Below are positions 47,438-57,030 of a DNA stretch of 64,000 nucleotides, one piece after another (the first letter of the stretch is position 1; each line of letters begins with the position of its first letter). The position numbers were made by a program, and so were the translations under genes. The DNA is from an uncultured Verrucomicrobiae bacterium (GTDB taxonomy: Bacteria > Verrucomicrobiota > Verrucomicrobiia > Limisphaerales > UBA11358), in the NCBI GenBank assembly GCA_963835625.1, contig CAWIGO010000010.1:127626-191625 (forward strand), read 5' to 3'. Under the pieces are notes generated by a model. It made no database searches and was not told the DNA's origin. It saw only the letters and a program-made list of their open reading frames with translations.

Positions 47438-47836
47438 ATGATAAAGGCAAAATTGGCGAAGGAAGCAATCGTCCGGCTGAATAACCGGGTTGGCGTGCTG
47501 GCCCAAGTCGCCAAAAGCATCGCGGAAAAGGGCATCAAACTCGACGCCATCATAGCCACCGTGGACGGTCAGGACGCCATCATCCAGATGGTCAGCAACG
47601 AGTATCAGCGGATGATGAATGCGTTGCGCGAAAAGCATTGGGAAGTGCAGGAAGCCAAGGTCATCCTCGTCGAATGCGAAAACCAGGCTGGCCAGCTGCA
47701 GTTCATCACCGAGAAACTGGCCAAGGAAAAGATTGACATACTGTATCTCTACGCCACGACGGTGAAGGTGGACCAATGCATGGTCGTGCTCTCGACGACA
47801 AACAACGACTGGGCCGTGATGGTGTTGAACAGTTGA
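47438..47836 (+). CDS. ACT-domain protein (tandem ACT-like)
   Basis: The ATG at 47438 is preceded by GGGAGG. NNRVGVLAQVAKSIAEKGIKLDAI and ENQAGQLQFITEKLAKEKIDI are two ACT-type beta-alpha-beta units. Confidence 0.65.
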   Translation: MIKAKLAKEAIVRLNNRVGVLAQVAKSIAEKGIKLDAIIATVDGQDAIIQMVSNEYQRMMNALREKHWEVQEAKVILVECENQAGQLQFITEKLAKEKIDILYLYATTVKVDQCMVVLSTTNNDWAVMVLNS

Positions 47837-47855
47837 ATCGTAGCCCTACATTTGG

Positions 47856-49097
47856 CTATTGCTTCAGCTCTTCCAACCCGATGCCCGAGGCATTGGTCAG
47901 GGTAAGGAACGGACCTTCGTAACCAGTCACGTGAATGTTGCGCAGGACGGCATTTTTGACGTTCTGTAGCGTGATGGCCTTTTTGCATGTGCCAGTGATG
48001 TTTTTCAGGATCAGCCCATCCAGCGGTCGTTCCGCAGCAATCTGGCTGACATCGGCCAGGGTGGTGCCGGTCATGCGGATGTTGGTGAAGTGGAAGTTCC
48101 GGCCCACCGGGTAGCCAGCCAGTCCCTCCACCGGATCGTCCGCTGTGTTTTTGTTGCCGGAGCTGATCAAGTTGACGCGGAGAAAGCCCCCGGCCAGCAC
48201 GTCGAGGTCATCGCCCGCGATGTTTTCGATGACTCCGGCGCGACCGATGCGGGTCTTCACATAAATGCCATACGTGTGGCTGGTCAACTGGCAATGTTCG
48301 ATCCGCACGTTGCGAATGCCGCCGGAGGTTTCACTGCCGATGCCAATGCAGGCAAAACGTTGCCCGTTCAAGTTGCATTTGGTAATGAGCACGTCTTCCG
48401 TCGGCTTGCCGATGCGCACGCCATCCAAGCCGCGACCGGATTTAAGGCTGATGGAATCGTCGCCCGTGTTGATGTCGCAACCTTCGATGCGGACATTTTT
48501 GCAGGAATCAATGTCAATGCCATCACGACCGCCGTTGATGTTCACGTTTTTGATCACGACGTCGGAACAGTAAGTGGGGTGGGTAGCCCAATTGCCGCCT
48601 TGCGTCACGGTGAAACCTTCCCAGCGAACGTCATTGCAGGAGATGGGTTCAAGGACGACCGCGCCACGGGGATTCTGCGGTGCGGCGACGGTAGGATTCC
48701 CGTCAATGCGACCCGGCCCGATGATGCCGGTATGATCCACGTTCGCCGCATAGATGAGCGCGCGGCGGCCCGGTTGCCAGCGGCCTTCCCAGCGGACGTC
48801 GAGCATCGGGTAATCATTGGTGTCCGCGCTGCCGGTGATGACACTGTTCGTTGCCAGCCGGAGGATGGTGCGGTTGCCGATCTGCACGCTGCCGATGAGA
48901 TAGTTGCCGGCGGGCACGAGCACTTCGCCGCCGCCGGCGATGGCGCACGCATCGAGCGCCTTTTGGAAGGCGACGGTGTCCTTGTTCGTGCCATCACCGA
49001 CCGCGCCAAAGTCGCGGACGTTGAATGGAAGTTTCGTTGCGGCGTCAGTGCTGAAAAGCGCGACCGCGAGAAATAGGAGGAAAAATAATTTTTTCAT
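47856..49097 (-). CDS. Glycoside hydrolase family 28 (polygalacturonase-like)
   Basis: A signal peptide, then FNVRDFGAVGDGTNKDTVAFQKALDAC (pectate_lyase_3-type N-terminus). Active-site-like NTGDDSISLKSG and GIYVKTRIGR follow. Confidence 0.85.
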   Translation of the reverse strand: MKKLFFLLFLAVALFSTDAATKLPFNVRDFGAVGDGTNKDTVAFQKALDACAIAGGGEVLVPAGNYLIGSVQIGNRTILRLATNSVITGSADTNDYPMLDVRWEGRWQPGRRALIYAANVDHTGIIGPGRIDGNPTVAAPQNPRGAVVLEPISCNDVRWEGFTVTQGGNWATHPTYCSDVVIKNVNINGGRDGIDIDSCKNVRIEGCDINTGDDSISLKSGRGLDGVRIGKPTEDVLITKCNLNGQRFACIGIGSETSGGIRNVRIEHCQLTSHTYGIYVKTRIGRAGVIENIAGDDLDVLAGGFLRVNLISSGNKNTADDPVEGLAGYPVGRNFHFTNIRMTGTTLADVSQIAAERPLDGLILKNITGTCKKAITLQNVKNAVLRNIHVTGYEGPFLTLTNASGIGLEELKQ

Positions 49098-49102
49098 GGG
49101 AA

Positions 49103-50518
49103 TCATCGGAACGAAGGTGACGCAGCCTTGGCTGCCGCCGCAGTGTCGAGTTCCGCTTCCGTCGGGAAATGATCAAAAGTGCGCTCGACTTTCATTCCGC
49201 GAAGATTTTTGTCGGCAAAGTCCATCATCGCAGTCCAATCCTCCTGCGTGAACGCGTGCGCATGATGCGCGTAATTCACACCAAGCCGGTCTTTTGCGCC
49301 GAAAAGTTCATAGGCCGGTTGCGCGCCCAGGATTGACTGCCTGACCGCTTCGGGAAGCGAAATCGTATCGCCGTCGCCTTCCAGGGCGATGAACGGGCGC
49401 GGCGCGCACAGCGCGAGAAACCAGTGTTCGTCGAAGGGCAATTTCTCGCGCTGCCCCCAGAACTCATGCAGATGCGGCGAAAACCAGTTCGGATATTTTT
49501 TCTGCATGATGTCCAGCGTCTCACTGTGGCGTGGCCCAGCGAAGCGATACGCGCCGATGCCGCCGCCCCCCGTCACGACCGGCGCGCCCATCAACCGCTC
49601 GTCAAACGCCGCCGCGATCATCGCGGATTTTCCGTTGCGCGACGCGCCGGTGATGATGAGCTTCGTTTTATCAATCGCGCGATCCGTTTCAAGATAATCG
49701 GCGACGCGCGACACGCCCCATGCCCAAGCCGCGAGAATGCCCCAATCATAACCGGGATAAGCCGGGAAAAATCGCGTGTGGCGAAACGCCCAACTGCCAT
49801 CTTCATTGCGCAACGTCGTGTCCTCGGCGCAATCGTTCGGGTTGAACATCACGAGCGCGTAGCCGCGACGGAACAATTCGCTGTTACGCTGCGCAATCTC
49901 TTCGGCGTTGGCCGGTATGCCGTGACCGCCACGGGTGGTAGTTGTTGCCGCCGCACTTGCGTTCGTTGCCGGGCCGACTACGAGCAAAACATCTTGTCCT
50001 TTGCCTTGGGTTGGACCTTGCGGCAGGCGCGGCAACGGTGTCGCGCCGGGCGGCGTGCCGCTCTGCGAGATGATGGCCGGGAACGGCCCGCCTGCGACCG
50101 GCATGAAGACACCAATGTCCAATCCCAGTTTCCCTTTTGGCCCGAAGGTCAGATGCACCAGTTGATACTTTACTTTTCCATCCAGCACCAATTGCGATTG
50201 GACCTCTTCTCCTTTCACATTTCCCGGCGGCGGCATCTGGCCGATGGCGTAATACTCGAGAATTTTTTTCATTTCCTCGCGGCGCTTTTCCCATTGCTTG
50301 ACCGTCGTGACTTTTGTGCCGTCGTTCATCGTCGTCACATCGGGCAGCTCGGGGCGAACCGGCAAATCGTTCACGCCCGGCAACGTGCCCATCGCGGTCT
50401 TGATTGCAGGCAATGGAATTTCCCGCGGGTCTGGGCCGGCGACGGAATTGGAAGGTTGTCCCCTGGCCGCGACGGCCATGGCTAAAACGGATAAAAAAAT
50501 TGTGCGCGAAAATTTCAT
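49103..50518 (-). CDS. CE15-like glucuronoyl esterase / alpha-beta hydrolase
   Basis: A signal peptide, then TGASRNGKSAMIAAAFDERL, which resembles the CE15 G-C-S-R-x-G-K nucleophile motif (Ala replaces Cys). Confidence 0.6.
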   Translation of the reverse strand: MKFSRTIFLSVLAMAVAARGQPSNSVAGPDPREIPLPAIKTAMGTLPGVNDLPVRPELPDVTTMNDGTKVTTVKQWEKRREEMKKILEYYAIGQMPPPGNVKGEEVQSQLVLDGKVKYQLVHLTFGPKGKLGLDIGVFMPVAGGPFPAIISQSGTPPGATPLPRLPQGPTQGKGQDVLLVVGPATNASAAATTTTRGGHGIPANAEEIAQRNSELFRRGYALVMFNPNDCAEDTTLRNEDGSWAFRHTRFFPAYPGYDWGILAAWAWGVSRVADYLETDRAIDKTKLIITGASRNGKSAMIAAAFDERLMGAPVVTGGGGIGAYRFAGPRHSETLDIMQKKYPNWFSPHLHEFWGQREKLPFDEHWFLALCAPRPFIALEGDGDTISLPEAVRQSILGAQPAYELFGAKDRLGVNYAHHAHAFTQEDWTAMMDFADKNLRGMKVERTFDHFPTEAELDTAAAAKAASPSFR

Positions 50519-50605
50519 ACGAATAAAACGGGTAAACGGAATGCAGAATTGCTGCGGAGAAAATATAAGTAAAGAAAGTTTACCGCCCGCCTGAAGTTAC
50601 GGAGC

Positions 50606-51400
50606 TTAAAGATTGGTTTCCGGCAATTCCTTTTTCCGATACTCGTCAATGTAGATGGTCATCGGCTCGGGCATTAAATCGCGATATAATCCCATCTTAA
50701 AATAAAACCGGCCGGGATGGGTGTAGCCGGTGGTCGCGTTTTCGGGATAAGCATTTACGCCCTTGTAATCCACCACCAGCTTGCCGTTGAGCCACGCCTT
50801 GATGCGCCCGGTTTCGTTGGTCGTGAAACGGGTTTGAAATTTGAAATCGAGCCACTTGCCGCGCAGCTCTTCCTTGGTTTCAAAAAGCGTCGTTTGGTGG
50901 CGACCGGTCTGATGGGTGATTTTAAGCACGCCGGAAACGTAGCGGATGGCCACCACCGGACTGTCGTCCGAACAATTGTCGTTGCCGCCGCAGTTCTGCT
51001 TCCACTGCGCGATGACCAGCCGCACCGGCACGATGGGAAAATTCGTCGGGATAAACATGCTGAAGGATTGTTCGTAGGCCATGTCTTCCTTCGAGGTCGG
51101 CTTTTTTGCTTCCAACAATTCGTCCCGCTCACTGTCCTTGCTGCCTTTGATGCCCGTTTCAAATTTATCACGGGGCCGAACCGTAATTTTTGCCGCGCCG
51201 TGGCCGGCACGGACAATGTTCGTCTGCATCGTCACCGCGCCGGCTTCGAATCTGTCCGTGTCCCAAATCTTGCTCAACTTGGCCGTCTCAAAACCGTCGT
51301 AAACGTCAATCGGCGCGTTCGTGCTTTGCGCGCGGGAAATGGCGGCTGAAAAAAACAAAAGGCCGGCGAGCGACATGAAAGTGAAATTCAACTTTGGCAT
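50606..51400 (-). CDS. Secreted concanavalin-like polysaccharide-lyase-family protein
   Basis: It has a signal peptide. GHGAAKITVRP…SERDELL…WLDFKFQTRF…GRIKAWLNGKLVVDYKG…YFKMGLYR resembles the Polysacc_lyase (heparin-lyase-I-like) jelly-roll pattern. Confidence 0.5.
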   Translation of the reverse strand: MPKLNFTFMSLAGLLFFSAAISRAQSTNAPIDVYDGFETAKLSKIWDTDRFEAGAVTMQTNIVRAGHGAAKITVRPRDKFETGIKGSKDSERDELLEAKKPTSKEDMAYEQSFSMFIPTNFPIVPVRLVIAQWKQNCGGNDNCSDDSPVVAIRYVSGVLKITHQTGRHQTTLFETKEELRGKWLDFKFQTRFTTNETGRIKAWLNGKLVVDYKGVNAYPENATTGYTHPGRFYFKMGLYRDLMPEPMTIYIDEYRKKELPETNL

Positions 51401-51455
51401 GAGTTGGTTTTGATTTGCGCGAGGGTAACTTCGTTACCTGAACCACGCAATCATC

Positions 51456-51530
51456 GGCTGGCGACAAAGATTCCGCTCCTCATGTAGCGGGGCAGGGCTT
51501 GGGCTGTGCCGTGGCCAGAATGATTTGAAC
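51456..51530 (+). repeat. Island repeat copy A (core GCGACAAAGATTCC at 51461..51474)
   Basis: GGCTGGCGACAAAGATTCCGCTCCTCATGTAGCGGGGCAGGGC…GATTTGAAC aligns with copies B, C and D in the same orientation. Confidence 0.8.
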
Positions 51531-51892
51531 ACTCGCCCTCATCCCGGCGTTGACTCACTCGCGCCCGCTCGCTCGGCCCTGCGGGCTTTCGGCTTCGCCG
51601 ATTTCCTTTCACCGATTCCCAATCGGCTCAAGTCTCCCCCCGGGGAGAAGGAGAATCGTTCGCCGCGTGCTTGGAATGTCGTGTGACTGGATTAACCGGA
51701 CGATCATCCGCAAAACCGGAAATGCCCACTGGCTGTTCCCTCTCCTTGGGGAGAGGGTCAGGGCGAGGGAGGTTGTAACCCGGATTTCCCGAATTTGCTT
51801 CACAAGTCAATGTCATTGACATACAATGGAGCTGCAGAAGCGAAGGCTGTGGTCTGTGGTTAATGTTGAAGCAACGAAAAACGGAGAATCCA

Positions 51893-52090
51893 ATGGGTAC
51901 AGGCAACAAGCAGGCTCTGCGGGTGACTTTCGATGGTCGTTTGAAGCTGGAGTTTCAAGGTTCCAAGGTCACGTCCGACGCCGGGTTATTGGCCTACCGG
52001 GAACTCGATGAGGCACTGGGTCTGACCGACTTGGGGGAGGATCTGCTGAACGATTGGCGCACGGGGAAAAACACTCAGCACTCGATGGTC
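51893..52090 (+). mobile_element. IS1380-family transposase N-terminal fragment (about 66 codons)
   Basis: [64 protein letters not shown] matches the conserved IS1380 (DDE_Tnp_1-assoc) N-terminus. Similarity ends abruptly, and no DDE domain follows. Confidence 0.7.
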
Positions 52091-52132
52091 GCGCCAAGGC
52101 CATATGGGAAATGTCGGTGTATAAGTAATTTC

Positions 52133-55100
52133 ATGCAAAACGGCATGTCCGTTAAATTTGCCAGGCGATTGTTTGGCGGACGGTTTATTGCCATCGCGTG
52201 CGCGGTGGTCTTACTCCCGTTTGCGGCACGCGCCCAAAGTCCCGAGAGACGGTTTTTGCATAATCATGTGCCACGGGTCGTGGAACGTTTACATTTGCAA
52301 CCTGTTAGGAGGCTTTCACCTGAAAAATGTCTGAACTTGGCGATAGGGTTGCCATTGAGAAACCAGCAAGCGCTCAACAATCTGCTTCAGCAAATCTATG
52401 ACCCGGCCAGTCCGAACTACCGTCACTACCTGACACCAGAGCAGTTCACGGAACAGTTCGGCCCGACGGAACAGGATTATCAGGCGGTGATCGCCTTCAT
52501 GGAGTCGAAAGGTCTCACAGTAACTGGCAAACATCCAAACCGTGTAGTTTTGGACGTGAGCGGGCCGGTGGCAGACATAGAGAAGGCGTTTCATGTGACG
52601 ATGCAGGTTTACCAGCATCCAACGGAAGCGCGGACGTTTTACGCGCCGGATGTTGAGCCTTCAGTGGACTTGACCGTTCCGATTTTGCACATCAGCGGTT
52701 TGGATAATTTCATCGTGCCTCGACCGATGAGTCTTAAAGTGACTCCATTAAACAACCTGACGAGGATAACGCCAGCCTCCGGTTCAGGGCCAGGTGGTTC
52801 GTATCGTGGGAACGATTTTCGGGCGGCTTATGTTCCGAGTGTGACACTCGATGGTTCCGGACAGGCCGTCGGGCTTTTGGAATTGGACGGCTATTACACC
52901 AGTGACATCACCAACTATGAAGGTCAGGCGGGCCTGCCGAATGTCACCCTGACGAATGTGTTGCTGAACAGCTTCAGCGGGACTCCCGGCGCCTACAATG
53001 TTGAGGTGTCCCTGGACATTGAAATGGCCATCTCCATGGCGCCGGGACTCTCCGGTGTTATTGTTTACGAAGCTCCCAATAACTCTTCAGGCGTTCTCGA
53101 TATTTTGAACTGCATCGCTTCGGATAACCTGGCCGAACAGATCAGTTCATCGTGGCTGACTGGTGACGACCCGAATTTTGACATCGCCTACGAACAATTT
53201 GCCGCGCAGGGGCAATCCTTTTTTCAGGCATCGGGTGATTACGGGGCCTATTATTCAGGGATAAGCCAGTGGGCTGACGACACGAACATCACGCTGGTTG
53301 GCGGGACAACCCTGTCCACGACCGGGCCGGGTGGCTCGTGGGTTTCGGAAACGGTTTGGAACTGGGGTAACGGCATTGGCAGCGGCGGCGGTATAAATTT
53401 CAACGACATCCCGATTCCGAGCTGGCAAACCAGCATCAACATGACGACCAATCAAGGCTCGACGACTTTGCGGAACGTTCCTGATGTTGCTTTGACTGCG
53501 GATAACGTCTGGGTCATTTACGGCAATGGCCAATCGGGAAGTTGCGGCGGCACCAGTTGTGCGGCGCCGTTGTGGGCAGGTTTTACTGCATTGGTGAATC
53601 AACAAGCCGCGTCTGCTGGCAGGTCAACGGTCGGTTTTATCAACCCGGCCATTTACGCCATTGGCAACAGTGTGAATTACACTGCTGATTTTCACGACAT
53701 CACCACTGGCAATAACATAAACAGCAGCATCGGGAACAATTTTTTTGCCGTTCCGGGTTATGATCTTTGCACCGGTTGGGGCACACCGAACGGAATGACT
53801 TTAATCACCGCCCTCGCGACCCCTGACACCTTTGGAATTCTGCCGGGAGCAGGCTTCAACGCCATCGGTCCAGTCGGCGGTCCATTCAATGTGACTGCCC
53901 AAAATTTTTCACTGACCAATTCCGGTGCCACGTTCAACTGGTCGCTTTACAGCATTCCATCGTGGCTTGATGTTTCCTCGACAGGCGGCACTTTGGCTGC
54001 TGGTGGTTCCACCCATGTGACGGTGAGTCTGAATTCCATCGCCAGTAACCTGCCTGTGGGAATTTATGCTACCAATTTGGTTTTCACGAACATGACCAGC
54101 GGCATCGCCCAAAGCCGTCGGTTCACACTGCAAGTCTTGCAGCCGCTGGCAGTCTCGCCGACCAACGGCTTTACTTCCAGTGGATCGGTTGGCGGTCCCT
54201 TTAACGTGACCACGCAAGACTTTTCGTTGACCAACATGGGGCCAGTTTCACTGAATTGGAGTGCTAATAGCCCCGCACCCTGGCTCACGGCTTCACCGGA
54301 CAGCGGCGCGTTGGCGGCTGGCGGGCAAACCACATTAACGGTGAGCTTGAATTCCGCCGCCAACAGTCTTGCCTCCGGAATTTACAATGCAAACGTGGTG
54401 ATCACCAACCAGAACGGCGGGGCTGTCATCCTGCCGTTCATTTTGCTGGTTGGACAGCCGCTGGTTCAGAACGGCGATTTTGAGACCGGCGATTTCACCG
54501 GCTGGACTTTGAATGGGGACGGCGCGCCCATCAATTTTGTCACAACCTCCATCATCTACAACACCGCCACCATCAATCCCCATTCGGGAACTTATTTCGC
54601 TGCGTTGGGCGAGCCATTCGTGCTGGCTTACCTCTCGCAGAATGTGCCGACGTTCGCCGGCCAGGCTTATCTGCTGTCGTTGTGGATGGATAGTCCAGAC
54701 GGCGAGACGCCAAATGAATTTAACGTGTCGTGGAATGGAAATACGCTGATCGATCTGGTCGACATGCCCGAACTCGGCTGGACCAATCTGCAGTTCATCG
54801 TCACCGCCAGCGGCAGCAGCACCGTCCTGCAGATTGGTGCGCGGGATGATCCCACCTATCTCGCGCTCGACGACGTGAGCGTGACGCCCATTCCGGCCAC
54901 TCTATTCCAAACGCTGACGCAAACGAATGGCACGCTCAACTTCACCTGGAATGCCCTGACCGGACTTGTGTATCAAGTGCAATACGAGACCAATTTGCTC
55001 CAAACCAACTGGCTCAATTTGGGCGGTCGCCATCACCGCGACCAATTCAACAGCGACCGCAACCGATCTCATTGGACCCGACCCACAACGATTTTATCGT

Positions 55101-55156
55101 CTCCAGTTGTTGTACTGAAATCCCGCCGTTCCTGCCCCGTCGCGCCAATGAAGTAG
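52133..55156 (+). CDS. S53 (sedolisin/kumamolisin-type) serine peptidase with long C-terminal extension; C-terminus frame-shifted near 55028
   Basis: It has its own signal peptide ([31 protein letters not shown]) and a pro-kumamolisin activation domain ([17 protein letters not shown]). Catalytic E/D is in EVSLDIEMA, followed by SGDYG and [12 protein letters not shown]. Two roughly 95-aa Ig-like repeats and a jelly-roll-like domain follow. The alternative frame from 55029 ends at 55118. Confidence 0.85.
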   Translation: MQNGMSVKFARRLFGGRFIAIACAVVLLPFAARAQSPERRFLHNHVPRVVERLHLQPVRRLSPEKCLNLAIGLPLRNQQALNNLLQQIYDPASPNYRHYLTPEQFTEQFGPTEQDYQAVIAFMESKGLTVTGKHPNRVVLDVSGPVADIEKAFHVTMQVYQHPTEARTFYAPDVEPSVDLTVPILHISGLDNFIVPRPMSLKVTPLNNLTRITPASGSGPGGSYRGNDFRAAYVPSVTLDGSGQAVGLLELDGYYTSDITNYEGQAGLPNVTLTNVLLNSFSGTPGAYNVEVSLDIEMAISMAPGLSGVIVYEAPNNSSGVLDILNCIASDNLAEQISSSWLTGDDPNFDIAYEQFAAQGQSFFQASGDYGAYYSGISQWADDTNITLVGGTTLSTTGPGGSWVSETVWNWGNGIGSGGGINFNDIPIPSWQTSINMTTNQGSTTLRNVPDVALTADNVWVIYGNGQSGSCGGTSCAAPLWAGFTALVNQQAASAGRSTVGFINPAIYAIGNSVNYTADFHDITTGNNINSSIGNNFFAVPGYDLCTGWGTPNGMTLITALATPDTFGILPGAGFNAIGPVGGPFNVTAQNFSLTNSGATFNWSLYSIPSWLDVSSTGGTLAAGGSTHVTVSLNSIASNLPVGIYATNLVFTNMTSGIAQSRRFTLQVLQPLAVSPTNGFTSSGSVGGPFNVTTQDFSLTNMGPVSLNWSANSPAPWLTASPDSGALAAGGQTTLTVSLNSAANSLASGIYNANVVITNQNGGAVILPFILLVGQPLVQNGDFETGDFTGWTLNGDGAPINFVTTSIIYNTATINPHSGTYFAALGEPFVLAYLSQNVPTFAGQAYLLSLWMDSPDGETPNEFNVSWNGNTLIDLVDMPELGWTNLQFIVTASGSSTVLQIGARDDPTYLALDDVSVTPIPATLFQTLTQTNGTLNFTWNALTGLVYQVQYETNLLQTNWLNLGGRHHRDQFNSDRNRSHWTRPTTILSSPVVVLKSRRSCPVAPMK

Positions 55157-55225
55157 CATGGGCGCGTAACTGATCTGTTTCAACACGCCGGGCAAAACAT
55201 CCTGTAAATACAAATCAAGAAAATC

Positions 55226-55284
55226 GGGTGGCGACAAGGATTCCGTTCCTTACGAATCGGCGGGCGGTGGCGGGGGATTTGAAC
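55226..55284 (+). repeat. Island repeat copy B (core at 55231..55244)
   Basis: GGGTGGCGACAAGGATTCCGTTCCTTACGAATCGGCGGGCGGTGGCGGGGGATTTGAAC. Confidence 0.8.
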
Positions 55285-55397
55285 AGGCCTGAAGAAAAGC
55301 GGCGGAGGGCCGCCGCAGTCCAAAACGCGAGGCGTTTCTCGGCGACTTACAAACCGCGCGAAGCGTCATGGAGTGCGCCAGTCCTCTGGCGCTTTGC

Positions 55398-55461
55398 GGG
55401 TGGCGACAAAGATTCCGCTTCTTACGGAGCGGGGCGGCAGGCGGTGACGGGGGATGTGAAT
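55398..55461 (+). repeat. Island repeat copy C (core at 55403..55416)
   Basis: GGGTGGCGACAAAGATTCCGCTTCTTACGGAGCGGGGCGGCAGGCGGTGACGGGGGATGTGAAT. Copies B and C are separated by hairpins GCGGCGG-AGGG-CCGCCGC (55299..55316) and GCGCCAG-TCCT-CTGGCGC (55375..55392). Confidence 0.8.
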
Positions 55462-55702
55462 ACGGTCGCATGCCAGTTGACTCGCTACAATCCCCAAGTT
55501 GCTGCCTTACAAGTAAATATGCACTCAGCCTTCGTCTATAAGTTGACTTCACGCCATTTATAGGATGACAACACAAAACCTAGACCTCAAAAGAGCCTCG
55601 CAACGTAATAGGAAGCAGCGCCTATCTCGCCGTAAACTCATGCGAAACACCTTCGCAAATTTCACCGTCAAAAATAAGCGCGATGTGGTATACAAGTTTT
55701 GA

Positions 55703-56188
55703 TCAGTGGAGAATCTCCAGTTTGAAACGATGCACAGTGTTAGTATTCATCGGACTTTCAGCCATTATTGGCATTGTCGTAGATTTAGGAGACAACTCAA
55801 TTTTCCAATCATACATTTTGCCACGAATAGCATCTTGTGGAAACAAATTGGCATCGAGGCCTGTTATCAAAGGCGGATATGCAAGAAACCGTTTTGCTTT
55901 GATTGTAATTTCGTATCCATATTCTTCCGGCTCTGGAATCACTTGAATGTCTTCAATGTAATCACTCGCACCAAGATCAGCTTCGATTGCTCCACGACTA
56001 TTAAAAATGCAAGTTGGTCGAACGCGAGCAGCGAGTGTTGCTAGGAATTTTTCATCTAAAACCGCCTGTTGAGCAGAATGGTGAATCCAGGTAGCAGCGC
56101 CAGCAATTCCACCAATCACACCCACAACGGTAATAATGATAGCGGCAGCATTCTTCCACAACGCCACACAGTTAGATTCGTCATTCAT
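55703..56188 (-). CDS. Single-pass membrane protein, hypothetical (161 aa from ATG 56188)
   Basis: MNDESNCVALWKNAAAIIITVVGVIGGIAGAATWI is a TM anchor, followed by a domain of about 115 aa with no recognised motif. The region is AT-richer. The tracked GTG start at 56293 lies inside repeat copy D and looks spurious. Confidence 0.5.
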   Translation of the reverse strand: MNDESNCVALWKNAAAIIITVVGVIGGIAGAATWIHHSAQQAVLDEKFLATLAARVRPTCIFNSRGAIEADLGASDYIEDIQVIPEPEEYGYEITIKAKRFLAYPPLITGLDANLFPQDAIRGKMYDWKIELSPKSTTMPIMAESPMNTNTVHRFKLEILH

Positions 56189-56275
56189 GGCGCGATTCGT
56201 CAGACCTTCGTTCGTGATTCCATCGTGGCCATCAGCAAACTCCCGTTCACCCTTTCTGGCAAGGCCAATCACGAA

Positions 56276-56338
56276 TAGCGACAAAGATTCCACTCCTCAC
56301 AGGACGGGGCGGCGGGCGGTAGTGGGGAGATTTTACTC
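56276..56338 (+). repeat. Island repeat copy D (core at 56278..56291)
   Basis: ATAGCGACAAAGATTCCACTCCTCACAGGACGGGGCGGCGGGCGGTAGTGGGGAGATTTTAC. Confidence 0.75.
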
Positions 56339-56406
56339 GTGAAAGCTTTCAGAGTTGAACATAGTCACACTTGAACTGAGGGTTTAAAATGTGATGTTCT
56401 GTCCAT

Positions 56407-57030
56407 TTAAAAACCGCCTGTGATTGGAGGATATTGGTGTAACCATTTTTCAATGTTGTCCCGTACTTTTTGATCCGTCGCAGCCTGAGTGAAGATCATG
56501 TCTGTGACTTTTCCGATGTCATCAACAAAGTCCTCCGCAACGAACAGTGCAGCATCTGTAATTTGGGAGGTTTGATATTGCATGAGGTGAGTCCAATTAT
56601 TTTTGTCGCGTTCCTCTGCATGGCAAAGAACGATTGATCTATCGCGCCCACCTTTAGCACGCGCTCTTGTGTCCGGAATGAGCGAAAAATTATGAACGAT
56701 TCCGCACCGAAGGACATGATACATTTGAACATCCAAGTCTTGCTCTCCACTTTTGTAAACAAAGTCCCTGTACAGTGGTCGGACCTGGTTCATCCAATTT
56801 CTGACAAAATTTTTGTACCCGTCGCGTCCCTTATCTTGTCCTTCGACTAGCTTGGCCAAGTATTCAAGGAAAGCTGAAGCCGATAGAAAGACCCAAGGCG
56901 CCCCATCTTTGCAAGATGAACGCAGGCCATCGACTCCTTTGCGGAAGTAACTGGCTGCAGCATCGAGGTCCACTTCAATGCTTCCTCTGTATCTTGGCTT
57001 TGCTTTCAGATTTCTCTTCCGATCCGACAT
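56407..57030 (-). CDS. Hypothetical protein with Rx4H motif (possible HEPN-like RNase), overlapping or coupled to the ORF6N gene
   Basis: The ATG at 57030 overlaps the ORF6N 3' end by 56 nt. An alternative GTG at 56973 sits 1 nt after the ORF6N stop, with GAGGAA 9 nt upstream. MYHVLRCGIVHNFSL (R…H at 56692..56709) fits the HEPN Rx4-6H pattern. Otherwise it looks helical, with no family recognised. Confidence 0.55.
   Translation of the reverse strand: MSDRKRNLKAKPRYRGSIEVDLDAAASYFRKGVDGLRSSCKDGAPWVFLSASAFLEYLAKLVEGQDKGRDGYKNFVRNWMNQVRPLYRDFVYKSGEQDLDVQMYHVLRCGIVHNFSLIPDTRARAKGGRDRSIVLCHAEERDKNNWTHLMQYQTSQITDAALFVAEDFVDDIGKVTDMIFTQAATDQKVRDNIEKWLHQYPPITGGF

Noticed and set aside
51863-55156. 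A single 1097-aa transposase-peptidase fusion protein
   Set aside because: The transposase similarity covers only about 66 codons, and about 14 junk codons follow. The peptidase has its own start and a normal signal peptide at 52133/52145. The in-frame continuity looks accidental.
55226-55461. tRNA or tRNA-derived element within the island repeats
   Set aside because: The reverse complement contains GTTCAAATCCCCC (T-arm-like) and TTTGTCGCCA (acceptor-CCA-like). However, I could not build T-stem pairing, an anticodon arm or a 7-bp acceptor stem in any copy.
56189-56293. GTG start at 56293 for the membrane protein (MESLSLFVIGLARKGERE…)
   Set aside because: The start codon and first codons lie within repeat copy D, and a GAGGA word directly abuts the GTG with no spacing. 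The ATG at 56188 just before the TM helix is more plausible, but this remains uncertain.
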